A stretch of 32,000 bases of DNA from Akkermansia muciniphila ATCC BAA-835 (GTDB taxonomy: Bacteria; Verrucomicrobiota; Verrucomicrobiia; Verrucomicrobiales; Akkermansiaceae): NCBI RefSeq assembly GCF_000020225.1, contig NC_010655.1, positions 2,130,001 to 2,162,000 of the forward strand. The letters run 5' to 3'. Shown here one piece after another: positions 21,739 through 30,806 of the stretch; position 1 is the first letter of the stretch, and each line of letters starts with the position of its first letter. Both the position numbers and the translations under genes were made by a program. The notes under the pieces are model-generated. The model was not told the DNA's origin and ran no database searches. It saw only the letters and a program-made list of their open reading frames with translations.

Positions 21739-24700
21739 CTAACCTTCTTCATCATCCCCGTGGTTGAGGATGAAGTTCAGATCGTCAATGCCCAGGCTGG
21801 AGGTAAACCCTTCGTCACCCAGCACGTTGGCGACGAGCTGGTTTTTCTGATGCTGGAGAATGCGGATTTTTTCTTCCACGGAATCCTTCGTCAGAAGGCG
21901 GTAGGCGATCACCTTGTTTTTCTGGCCGATGCGGTGCGTACGGTCGATGGCCTGGCTTTCTACGGCCGGGTTCCACCACGGGTCATATAGAACGACATAG
22001 GAGGCAGAAGTAAGGTTGAGGCCGGCGCCGCCGGCTTTCAGGGAAAGCAGGAAGACGGAGGGGTCCTTGGTCGTCTGGAATTTTTCAATTTCTCCGCGGC
22101 GGTCCTTGGTCTGGCCGGTAAGATAGTTAAGCGGCCTGTTTTCCGCTTCCAGCCTGTTCTTGATGATTTCCAGCATGGAAACGAACTGGGAGAAGACGAG
22201 CACTTTGTGCCCTTCTTCCCGGAGCTGGTCCAGCAGGTAGAAGAGGGCTGTCATTTTGGCACTGTCTTCCTTGGCGTATTTGGGATCCACCAGGCCGGGG
22301 TGGCAGCAGATCTGACGCAGGCGCATCAGGCCCTGCAAAATGGCGAAACTGTTCTTTTTGACGGATTCGTCCGAATCCAGGCCGAGCAGGGCCTGCTGAA
22401 TGCGGCGGAGTTCCGCCTTGTACAACTGGCTCTGGATGCCTTCCATTTTGGCGTACACTTCTTCTTCCGTCCTGGGAGGCAGGTCTTTTGCCACCTGGGA
22501 TTTGGTGCGGCGCAGCAGGAAGGGTTTCAGGCGCGCGGCCAGGCGGTTCTGGCTTTGCGGGTCCTTGCGCTTGTCAAAGCGCTTCTTGAAGTAGGAGCGG
22601 GAACCGAGGACTCCGGGCATGGAGAAGGCCATAAGGGACCACATATCCAGCAGGCGGTTTTCAATGGGTGTGCCGGAGAGAACGAGACGGTTGTAGGAAA
22701 CGATTTCCCGTGCCGCCTTGGCTGCCTTGGAATCCGGGTTTTTGATCTGCTGGCCTTCGTCCAGAATAACCGTAAGCCATTTGATTTGGTTCAGGGTTTC
22801 CCCGCAGACGCGGAGCTGGGCGTAGTTGACCACGACCATGTCGTAATTCTTCTTGATGTCTTCCAGATTGGCCTGGTCCTTGCTGCGGATGACGAGGACG
22901 CGCACGCCTGGCGCAAATTTTTCCGTTTCTCCCGCCCAGACGTCCAGCACGGATTTGGGGCAAACAATAAGAACCGGAGGGATGACGACTTTTTTCTTGG
23001 ATTTGTTTTTGCGGGCGAATTCTTCACGCAGCCAGAGGACGTAAGTGATGGACTGGATCGTTTTACCCAGGCCCATGTCATCCGCCAAAATGCCGCCGAA
23101 CCCGTTCGTGGCAAGGTAAGCCAGGAAATGGAACCCTTCCACCTGATACGGGCGCAGGGTGGCCTGGAGCTGGGAGGGAACATCCGGCTTGACGTCGATC
23201 TGGATTTCCGCGGTACGGTCCTTGATACGTTTCCATGCCTTTGGATCGAACACTTCTGCGGCTTTCGGGTCCGCCAGCTGCATGGCGTGCATGCGGTGGG
23301 TTTCTCCGGAAAGATCGAAGGGGTCCAGGCCCAGGCGGGTAACGGCGTCGCGCTGGTCATTGTCCAGTTTAATTTCCAGGCGCATCCATCCTCCGTCGTC
23401 CATGCGGACGTAACCGCCTCTGGCGGCGACCAGGGCGCGGATTTGCTCCTTGGAGAGCTGGACGCCTTCCACATCAATGACGATGCGGAGGTCAAACCAG
23501 TCGATTTCCTGGTTGACTACTTCAAACCGCACGGCGGCGGCCACCGGATCCGCCAGCAGCGTCTTGAGTTTGTCGTCCATATTGACGGTCAGCTCTTTCG
23601 GAAGCTGTTTGGCCCATTCCGCGAATTTTTCGGGGAACTGGCGGGTGACGCGGGCCTTGAACGCGCCCACCTGGGGATCATAGGAAAAGCCCATTTCTTC
23701 CAGCAGGCCGGGAATGGGATAAAGGTGCTCCCGGATGAAGCGCAGCAGAACTTTGTTCTTCATGGGCTCCTGATGGGATACGTCCCAACCGTCCTTGCCG
23801 AGTTTTTCCGTGCGGTAGCCGGAAGCGTCCCTGGCGCTTACTTCGCAGAGCACGTGTTCCGTTTCCGCAGAGGTGAGGCCGCGGACGATTTTCATGTCAA
23901 AGGTGCCGCGCAGGTCGATGTCCACCACGCGGTCTTCCATGCTGGGGGGCAGGGAAGCGCCTATTTTACGGAGGAATTCCACCCCTTCAAGGCTGTCGAT
24001 GACCTGTTTGGGAATGGAGTAGCGGGGTTCCACTTCCGTGCTTTCCAGCCAGCGGGGGGGGCCGGGAAAGACGGTTTCGTCAGACTGGTACAGTTCCTGC
24101 TGCCCCGGAAGCTGCCGGACGGAGTGGGAGACGTTGATGCCGGTGGAAGTTGCAAGCTGAAGAGCGTAGCAGTCCGGTTCAATGGGATCGTCCTGGCAAA
24201 TCCATTTGAGCGGTTCGTCCACCACTTTGAAATAGTTTTCATCAAGGTTCACCAGGTAGCCTTTCAGGGCGGGCTGGTGGAAAAGTTTGTTCATCAGGGC
24301 GCATGCGGCTTCCTGGTCCAGATCCAGCGTCAGGGCGTCTTCCGCACGGGCGTAGTCGGACAGGGAGACGAGCAGGATTTCCGTCTGGGCGTCCATGCGT
24401 ACGGCAGCCCGTTCATGCAGATTTTCCAGATGTTCCAGATCCTGTTTTTCCCGGACGGGAATCCAGTCCTGCTTCAGGGAATGGCGGTATTCGAAATGTC
24501 CCTCGTTAATAGTGGAAACAAGCCTCATGAACAGTTCTCCGCGGGGCGGCTGCGGGGGGCGTTCATTCACGGATTGGATGCGGTCGTACCAGGTGCCGAC
24601 TTCACGGGAGCGCTCCCATTCATGAATCTTGCGCTGGACCTTTTCCAGATCCGTAATGGATTCCATGAATTCCGGGTAGGGCAGGCGTTTCTTGTTGAAG

Positions 24701-25254
24701 GCGTAAGCAATGTAATTCCAGAATTCGAGGATGTTTGTGGGAGGCACGGGCCACAATTCCAGCGGGTCATAGCTGACGATTTCCCATCGGGGATTCAGGC
24801 GCACCATATCATGGTCGTGAATCTCCTGTTCAATGGCGAAACGGCGGTAGCGCTTTTCCAGTTTGCTGACATAGTCCGCTTCCTTGTCGTCCAGTTCGCG
24901 TCCCAGTTTCTCTTCCAGAATATCCAGAAGAGGAACATCATTCAGTTCGTTCGGGGATTCCGGAAGGTCCTGGCCACGGTACATGCGCTCCAGCATGGCG
25001 GCATACATGGCCGCTCCGGCCAGATCCTCGTCTTCCGTGGAACATGCTCCGAACCACCTGTTGCCCTGAAGGCGCAGATTCACGCGGTGCACGCCGTATG
25101 TGTCTTCCACGCGGCCCTGAATATATAAATGATTGCCAAAAATTTGCGTGACTGCGCCATCTTTCTGGAGCTTCTCGCCGCGCAGCCGGATTTCTTCCGG
25201 AAAGGCATTGAGAAAGTTCAGAGTAGCCCTATCCGGGTTAAGTGCCATGCTCAT
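21739..25254 (-). CDS. SNF2/Swi2-family helicase/translocase (1171 aa) with a roughly 650-aa N-terminal non-helicase region
   Basis: Motif I GGILADDMGLGKTIQ, motif II VILDEGQQIKN, LSGTPIENRL, and C-terminal lobe VLVFSQF...LKAGGAGLNLTSASYVVLYDPWWNPAVESQAIDRTHRIGQ. Confidence 0.92.
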   Translation of the reverse strand: MSMALNPDRATLNFLNAFPEEIRLRGEKLQKDGAVTQIFGNHLYIQGRVEDTYGVHRVNLRLQGNRWFGACSTEDEDLAGAAMYAAMLERMYRGQDLPESPNELNDVPLLDILEEKLGRELDDKEADYVSKLEKRYRRFAIEQEIHDHDMVRLNPRWEIVSYDPLELWPVPPTNILEFWNYIAYAFNKKRLPYPEFMESITDLEKVQRKIHEWERSREVGTWYDRIQSVNERPPQPPRGELFMRLVSTINEGHFEYRHSLKQDWIPVREKQDLEHLENLHERAAVRMDAQTEILLVSLSDYARAEDALTLDLDQEAACALMNKLFHQPALKGYLVNLDENYFKVVDEPLKWICQDDPIEPDCYALQLATSTGINVSHSVRQLPGQQELYQSDETVFPGPPRWLESTEVEPRYSIPKQVIDSLEGVEFLRKIGASLPPSMEDRVVDIDLRGTFDMKIVRGLTSAETEHVLCEVSARDASGYRTEKLGKDGWDVSHQEPMKNKVLLRFIREHLYPIPGLLEEMGFSYDPQVGAFKARVTRQFPEKFAEWAKQLPKELTVNMDDKLKTLLADPVAAAVRFEVVNQEIDWFDLRIVIDVEGVQLSKEQIRALVAARGGYVRMDDGGWMRLEIKLDNDQRDAVTRLGLDPFDLSGETHRMHAMQLADPKAAEVFDPKAWKRIKDRTAEIQIDVKPDVPSQLQATLRPYQVEGFHFLAYLATNGFGGILADDMGLGKTIQSITYVLWLREEFARKNKSKKKVVIPPVLIVCPKSVLDVWAGETEKFAPGVRVLVIRSKDQANLEDIKKNYDMVVVNYAQLRVCGETLNQIKWLTVILDEGQQIKNPDSKAAKAAREIVSYNRLVLSGTPIENRLLDMWSLMAFSMPGVLGSRSYFKKRFDKRKDPQSQNRLAARLKPFLLRRTKSQVAKDLPPRTEEEVYAKMEGIQSQLYKAELRRIQQALLGLDSDESVKKNSFAILQGLMRLRQICCHPGLVDPKYAKEDSAKMTALFYLLDQLREEGHKVLVFSQFVSMLEIIKNRLEAENRPLNYLTGQTKDRRGEIEKFQTTKDPSVFLLSLKAGGAGLNLTSASYVVLYDPWWNPAVESQAIDRTHRIGQKNKVIAYRLLTKDSVEEKIRILQHQKNQLVANVLGDEGFTSSLGIDDLNFILNHGDDEEG

Positions 25255-25556
25255 AATATCAGACTGTCATATAAAAATTGGAAACAAACGTTCCCTGTCA
25301 AGGGACGCTACAGGTCTATGCACTTTACTATGGCACAAAAAGCGGATTAGAGCAACTATTCTCTGAAAATAATTCCAAAGGTTGTTTGTGATGATGTTTA
25401 CGATGTTGAATGACAAATTGTTATATCTATATGAAGAAGGCCGGTTCTTGAAGAAAACGAACATATTTTATCATTTTGGAAAGAAAGGATGTCAGTCTTG
25501 CGTAATATGGTTCTTGACAGGTTCGCCGTAAAAGCGTCTTTTATGCCTGAAATTTT

Positions 25557-26042
25557 ATGTCCTCTGCATCACTTCTACAGTTACTGGCGACTCAAGCCCG
25601 CTTGAGCGATGGCGAATTGGCCGAACGTCTTGACATGACTGAAGAAGCCGTGCGAGCCCAGCGGGAACAGTGGGAGAAGGAAGGCGTCATCCTCGGATAC
25701 CAGGCCGTGGTGAATGAGGAATATGAACACGACAGCAAGGTGGCGGCCTTCATTGAAGTGAAAATGACGCCTGAACGCGACGGCGGTTTTGACCGCCTGG
25801 CCATGCGCATTTCACGGTTCGACGAAGTTTCCTCCTGCTATCTGGCAAGCGGCGGTTTTGACCTGCTGGTGCTGGTGGAAGGAAAAAGCATGCGGGAGAT
25901 TGCCCGGTTTGTGGCGGAAAAACTCTCTACGCTGGAAGGGGTGTTGTCCACTTCCACACACTTCCATCTGAAAACCTACAAGAAAAACGGTTGTGTGTTT
26001 GAAGCTCCCGTGCAGACAGAACGCCTGGCTGTCGCTCCGTAA
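25557..26042 (+). CDS. Lrp/AsnC-family transcriptional regulator
   Basis: 161 aa. The N-terminal wHTH is LLQLLATQARLSDGELAERLDMTEEAVRAQREQWEKEGVILGY. The C-terminal part has an ACT-like/RAM domain pattern (AFIEVKM...VSSCYLASGGFDLLVLVE). Confidence 0.88.
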   Translation: MSSASLLQLLATQARLSDGELAERLDMTEEAVRAQREQWEKEGVILGYQAVVNEEYEHDSKVAAFIEVKMTPERDGGFDRLAMRISRFDEVSSCYLASGGFDLLVLVEGKSMREIARFVAEKLSTLEGVLSTSTHFHLKTYKKNGCVFEAPVQTERLAVAP

Positions 26043-26063
26043 TTCTCTGCCGTTAAGAAAGGA

Positions 26064-27239
26064 ATGATCATGAATTGGCAGAACAAAATAGCGGAGCAGG
26101 TAAGCTCCATACCCCGTTCCGGCATCCGGGAATTTTTTGACCTGGTCACGGGACGCACGGATATCATCTCCCTGGGCGTAGGGGAGCCGGACTTCGTGAC
26201 GCCGTGGAATATACGGGAAGCGGCCATTTACTCCCTGGAAAAGGGGCACACCTCCTACACTTCCAACTATGGGTTGGAATCCCTGCGCCGTTCCATCGTC
26301 AAATACGTGGACGGATTCTTCCATGTCAACTACGACCCCCTGCGCGAAGTGCTGGTGACGGTAGGCGTAAGCGAAGCCATAGATCTCGCTCTCCGTGCCA
26401 TTCTGAATCCGGGGGACGAGGTTCTTTATCACGAACCCTGTTATGTCTCCTATGCCCCCAGCGTCAATATGGCCTACGGCGTAGCTACCGCCGTGCCTAC
26501 AAGCAAAAGGGATCTTTTCGCCCTGAACCCGGAGTTGCTGGAAGCGTCCATTACACCGCGGACCAAGGTGCTGATGCTCAACTTCCCGACGAATCCGACC
26601 GGAGCGGTGGCCCCTGTGGAAACCCTTCAGGAAATTGCCCGCATTTGCATCAGGCACGACCTCATCGTGCTGACGGATGAAATTTACAGTGAACTGCGTT
26701 ATGACGGCAAGCCGCATGTTTCCATAGCTTCTCTGCCGGGGATGAAGGAACGCACGCTCCTGCTGCACGGATTTTCCAAGGCATTCGCCATGACGGGGTT
26801 CCGGCTGGGGTATGCCTGCGGTCCGGAACCGCTTATTTCCGCCATGATGAAAATTCATCAGTATTCCATGCTCTGCGCCCCCATTACTTCCCAGGAGGCG
26901 GCCATTGAAGCATTGGAAAACGGGACATCCGCCATGTTGAAGATGCGGGAAAGCTACCGCCAGCGCCGGGATTACCTGGTGAAGCGCCTTAATGAAATCG
27001 GCATGGACTGCCACCTGCCCGGCGGCGCGTTCTATGTCTTCCCGGACATTTCCAGATTTGGCTTGACCAGCAAGGAGTTTGCCACCCGGCTGCTGATGGA
27101 AAAGCAGGTGGCCGCCGTACCGGGGACCGCCTTCGGCGCAAGCGGAGAAGGCTTCCTGCGCTGTTGCTATGCGACCGCCTTTGACCAGATCAAGGAGGCC
27201 TGCAACCGCATGGAACATTTCGTGGAAACTCTTTCCTGA
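26064..27239 (+). CDS. Class I/II PLP-dependent aminotransferase (AspC/AlaT-like)
   Basis: Carries LGVGEPDF, FPTNPTG and the PLP-lysine region FSKAFAMTGFRLGY. At 391 aa it follows the Lrp-family gene by 21 nt. Confidence 0.9.
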   Translation: MIMNWQNKIAEQVSSIPRSGIREFFDLVTGRTDIISLGVGEPDFVTPWNIREAAIYSLEKGHTSYTSNYGLESLRRSIVKYVDGFFHVNYDPLREVLVTVGVSEAIDLALRAILNPGDEVLYHEPCYVSYAPSVNMAYGVATAVPTSKRDLFALNPELLEASITPRTKVLMLNFPTNPTGAVAPVETLQEIARICIRHDLIVLTDEIYSELRYDGKPHVSIASLPGMKERTLLLHGFSKAFAMTGFRLGYACGPEPLISAMMKIHQYSMLCAPITSQEAAIEALENGTSAMLKMRESYRQRRDYLVKRLNEIGMDCHLPGGAFYVFPDISRFGLTSKEFATRLLMEKQVAAVPGTAFGASGEGFLRCCYATAFDQIKEACNRMEHFVETLS

Positions 27240-27252
27240 CCCGGCAGTGTTC

Positions 27253-28032
27253 ATGAACTCCGTGACGGAGGCGCTGAAAACAAAGGCGTATGTGGTGCCG
27301 TTTGCGGTATTCATGGGCTTTACCCTGGTGTGGCAGTTTGGCGTTCCCTTGCTGGAATGGGACCACCCGGCCGCACCCTGGTGGAGAAGGGCGCCGGAAC
27401 AATGGCTGTATCCCGTTCAGGCAATCGTTTGCTTTGCCCTGGTTTTCCGGTGGAGAAAGGCCATTGATTGGGATTGGCGGTGGAAACCCGCCGCCTGGGG
27501 AATCCTGTTCGGCGTGCTGGGTATCCTGTGCTGGCTGGCCCCGACCATGATAGCGGACCGCCTGCCCGGAGGGGCGGATGCCTGGTTTGGGCATCCCTCC
27601 TGGCCCTGGTACCGGTATCTGCTGGGAATTGACGCGCGCCCGGATGGGTTTGAGCCGGGCGTCGTCTTTCTTGCGGGTTCCTGGAGCTGGCTGGGGGCTC
27701 TGGTGCTGCGCTTTTTCCGTGCCGTGGTCGTGGTGGCTCTGGTGGAGGAACTTTTCTGGCGCGGCTATCTGATGCGCCTGATGGTGAACCCGGACCATCC
27801 CTGGAAGGTGCCGTTCGGCACCCATAGCTGGAAGGCATACTGGGTGACTACCCTCTGTTTCATGGCGGTACACCAGCCTGTGGACTATTGCGGCGCATTC
27901 GTTTACGGTTCCCTGGCGTATCTGCTTGCCGTCTGGCGGAAAAACCTGTGCGCTGTGATCATGATGCATGCGGCGGCGAATGCGTTGCTGGGATGGGCCG
28001 CTCTGGAATGGGGTAAATACGGATTATGGTGA
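27253..28032 (+). CDS. CPBP-family (CAAX protease-like) intramembrane glutamic endopeptidase
   Basis: A polytopic hydrophobic protein with EELFWRGYL (EExxxR), FMAVHQ and MMHAAANAL (HxxxN) motifs. The start is set at ATG 27253, just after the aminotransferase stop. Confidence 0.8.
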   Translation: MNSVTEALKTKAYVVPFAVFMGFTLVWQFGVPLLEWDHPAAPWWRRAPEQWLYPVQAIVCFALVFRWRKAIDWDWRWKPAAWGILFGVLGILCWLAPTMIADRLPGGADAWFGHPSWPWYRYLLGIDARPDGFEPGVVFLAGSWSWLGALVLRFFRAVVVVALVEELFWRGYLMRLMVNPDHPWKVPFGTHSWKAYWVTTLCFMAVHQPVDYCGAFVYGSLAYLLAVWRKNLCAVIMMHAAANALLGWAALEWGKYGLW

Positions 28033-28075
28033 ATCCGGCGTTTACAGAGAGGATTTTCTTAAGTACATAAAGCCG

Positions 28076-28738
28076 ATGACTCCAGAGGAAGCCATAGCAA
28101 TTTTATGGGATTACCATCACGTGAAGCAGGAACTGCGTCCGGCGGAACTCATATTCATTCTTGGTAGCAATGACATAAGGGTGGCGGAATATGCGGCGGA
28201 ACTTTATGCCCGGAAGCTGGCTCCCCTGTTGCTGTTTTCCGGCGGAATGGGGCGTTTTACAGGGGAATGGGCCGTACCGGAAGCGGAACTTTTCGCAGAG
28301 GCGGCTATGAAAAAGGGAGTGCCGGGAGACTGCATTCTCATTGAAAACAAATCCACCAATACGGGAGAAAATGTCCGCTTTTCCCGTGCTGTCCTGGAAA
28401 AAGCCGGCATCCCGGAACCATCCAGCATCATCGCCCTTCAAAAGCCCTATATGGAACGGCGCACGCTGGCTACGCTCCAGGCCCAGTGGCCGGAAGTACG
28501 GGTGGCGGTCAGCTCCCCTCCTTTCTCGTTCAGGGAATATCTGACCAGGGAGCTCCCGCAGGATCTGGTTGTTTCCGCCATGGTGGGGGACTTTCAAAGG
28601 ATACTGGAATATCCTAAACAGGGATTTTCCACGGAACAGCCTGTGCCTCCGGAGGCGATGGCGGCATTCCGCACGCTGGTGGAAGCGGGGTATGGCTCCC
28701 AGCTGCTCAAGGGTGTCCCCCTTCCTTGGAATTCTTGA
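28076..28738 (+). CDS. DUF218/YdcF-family protein
   Basis: Carries LIFILGSNDIRVAEYAAELY...LLLFSGGMG...STNTGENVRFS, typical of YdcF/ElyC-type DUF218 domains. The start is set at ATG 28076. Confidence 0.78.
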   Translation: MTPEEAIAILWDYHHVKQELRPAELIFILGSNDIRVAEYAAELYARKLAPLLLFSGGMGRFTGEWAVPEAELFAEAAMKKGVPGDCILIENKSTNTGENVRFSRAVLEKAGIPEPSSIIALQKPYMERRTLATLQAQWPEVRVAVSSPPFSFREYLTRELPQDLVVSAMVGDFQRILEYPKQGFSTEQPVPPEAMAAFRTLVEAGYGSQLLKGVPLPWNS

Positions 28739-28821
28739 GAAGACACGCTTTTTGCTTTTACTGAATGCTGATTGCGGGCATCAATACAACCCGCATAGCC
28801 AACCCAATTATATAACTTATC

Positions 28822-30399
28822 ATGGCAGACAGAACCAACACAGACCCCGCCCGAATGGAAAAAATCGTGAGCCTCTGTAAAAGGAGGGGATTCATCTTCC
28901 AGTCAGCTGAAATTTACGGCGGTCTGAACGGTTGCTGGGACTATGGTCCCATGGGGGTGGAGCTCAAGCGCAATCTGAAAGAATACTGGTGGCGTAAAAA
29001 TGTGCAGGAACGCGAGGATGTGGTCGGCATGGACGGTTCCATCCTGACGCATAACTCCGTACTGGTGGCTTCCGGCCATGTGGGCGGATTCTCCGACCCG
29101 ATGTGCGATTGCCTGTTGACCAAGGAGCGTCTGCGTGCGGACCAGGTCCCGGCCCAGAGCGGCATGGGGTTTTTCTATACCGGAGCCGCCAAAAAAGACG
29201 GTTCCTGGAATATTGAAAAGAAGTACTCCGTTCTGGTGGAATCTGAAAAACAGGCGGACAAGGCCCGTAAGACCGCGGCTCAATATTATGCCCAGCTGGC
29301 CGGCAAGGATGCCTCTTACAAGGATATGGAGCTGAAAGGCGAGTGCATGGAAACCGTAACGGATTCCACCATGTACAATCCTGCTAACGGTTCTCTGCTG
29401 ACGGAAGCCCGTGAGTTCAACCTCATGTTCAAGACGACCATTGGAGCTACCTCTGATGAAAACGATCCCAACGCTACGGGCTGGCTGCGCCCGGAAACGG
29501 CCCAGTCCATTTTCTGCCAGTATAAGAACATTCTGGACAGTTCCCGCGTCAAACTGCCTTTCGGAATCGCCCAGATCGGAAAATCTTTCCGCAATGAGAT
29601 TAATCCGCGGAACTTCACTTTCCGTTCCCGCGAATTCGAACAAATGGAAATCGAATATTTCTGCCGGCCGGAAGACGGGCTGCGCCTGGTGGATGAATGG
29701 CTGGAACACCGTCTTTGCTTCTATGACGAAGTGGGGGTTCCGCGCGAACACATTCATATTTTGGACGTGCCGGACGGCGAACGCGCTTTCTACTCCAAGA
29801 AAACCTATGACCTGGAGTATGAATTCCCCTTCGGCATCCAGGAACTGGAGGGCATCGCCTACCGGACGGATTATGACCTGAGCTGCCATCAGAAAGGTTC
29901 CGGCCGTCCTCTGGAATATTTTGACGAAGAGACGCGGGAGAAATTCATTCCCCATGTGGTGGAGCCTTCTGCCGGTTGTGACCGCACCATTCTGGCCATT
30001 ATCTGCGAAGCTTACGATGAAGAGGAACTGGTGGACGACAAAGGTAAAAAAGACGTCCGCACGGTGCTGCGCTTCGTGCCCCGCATGGCTCCGATCAAGG
30101 CGGCCATCTTCCCTCTGCTTAAGAAAAACGGGGAACAGGTGCGTATTGCCCGGGAAATTGAAAAGACGCTTCAGCCGTGGATGTCCGTCTTTTATGATGA
30201 AACGGGAGCCGTCGGCCGCCGTTACCGTCGTCAGGATGAAGTGGGTACTCCTTTCTGCATAACCGTGGACTTTGAAACTCTCGGGGAAAATGATGCTTCG
30301 CTCAAGGGGACGGTGACCATTCGCCACCGCGACTCCATGAAACAGGAACGTGTTGCAATTGAAGACCTGCTGCATTGGCTTATTGCCCGCATACGTTGA
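28822..30399 (+). CDS. glyQS: Glycine--tRNA ligase, homodimeric (alpha2) class II type
   Basis: Carries RRGFIFQSAEIYGGLNGCWDYGPMGVELK, FRNEINPRNFTFRSREFEQMEIEYF (motif 2 region), PSAGCDRTILA (motif 3 region) and a C-terminal anticodon-binding domain. Confidence 0.93.
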   Translation: MADRTNTDPARMEKIVSLCKRRGFIFQSAEIYGGLNGCWDYGPMGVELKRNLKEYWWRKNVQEREDVVGMDGSILTHNSVLVASGHVGGFSDPMCDCLLTKERLRADQVPAQSGMGFFYTGAAKKDGSWNIEKKYSVLVESEKQADKARKTAAQYYAQLAGKDASYKDMELKGECMETVTDSTMYNPANGSLLTEAREFNLMFKTTIGATSDENDPNATGWLRPETAQSIFCQYKNILDSSRVKLPFGIAQIGKSFRNEINPRNFTFRSREFEQMEIEYFCRPEDGLRLVDEWLEHRLCFYDEVGVPREHIHILDVPDGERAFYSKKTYDLEYEFPFGIQELEGIAYRTDYDLSCHQKGSGRPLEYFDEETREKFIPHVVEPSAGCDRTILAIICEAYDEEELVDDKGKKDVRTVLRFVPRMAPIKAAIFPLLKKNGEQVRIAREIEKTLQPWMSVFYDETGAVGRRYRRQDEVGTPFCITVDFETLGENDASLKGTVTIRHRDSMKQERVAIEDLLHWLIARIR

Positions 30400-30436
30400 T
30401 GTTTTTTCAGCGGCTTTGATGCCGAAATTCCTTCAG

Positions 30437-30472
30437 AGCCGTTCCGTTGACAGCGGAACGGCTTTTTATTTT
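30437..30472 (+). terminator. Rho-independent terminator of glyQS
   Basis: AGCCGTTCCG (30437-30446) pairs perfectly with CGGAACGGCT (30454-30463) around a 7-nt loop, followed by TTTTATTTT. Confidence 0.85.
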
Positions 30473-30806
30473 CAAAACAGCAGTGAAAAAAGGGGGCTGA
30501 AAAACCGATACCGGGCGTGATTTTTCCAGAAGAGAGCCCGTTGTTCCGGAGTCGATATGACTGGAGGTCTGTGCGTTTTTTTGATGCTGCTATGCACGGC
30601 TGGGAATGGATATTTCTTATATGTTTACTGGAAGCATATGGAATGAAAATTCAATGAGAGTTATTGACGTCCCGCCAGCAAAAGAGGGAAAATGACGGGT
30701 GAGGCGGTTCAGGAAAAACGTCCTGATTTTTGAGCTTTTTTTTATCCTCTGCTGTCAAAGGTTTGTACGGCATGGAATGATGCGATCAGGTAGAAAGAAG
30801 ATATTA

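Noticed and set aside
22207-25128. 973-aa plus-strand ORF across the SNF2 gene, plus the many shorter ORFs nested there
   Set aside because: It is antisense to a gene with complete SNF2 motifs I-VI. The translation is low-complexity (G/F/V/A/H-rich) with no recognisable domain.
21739-25254. SNF2 helicase as the core of a DISARM/BREX-like defence system
   Set aside because: There is no adjacent methyltransferase, PLD or other nuclease, DUF1998 helicase partner, PglZ or similar. The neighbours are apaG-like and lrp/aminotransferase housekeeping genes.
25267-25464. 65-aa minus-strand ORF in the AT-rich SNF2/lrp intergenic region
   Set aside because: It lies entirely in promoter-like AT-rich DNA. 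It has an Asn/Ile/Phe-rich composition and no ribosome-binding context, so it is most likely a chance ORF.
25812-27314. 500-aa minus-strand ORF opposite the Lrp 3' end and the aminotransferase
   Set aside because: The plus strand encodes clear Lrp and PLP-lysine aminotransferase motifs. The minus-strand product has no motifs and a skewed composition.
28903-30375. 490-aa minus-strand ORF opposite glyQS
   Set aside because: It is antisense to an unmistakable class II GlyRS, with artefactual composition.
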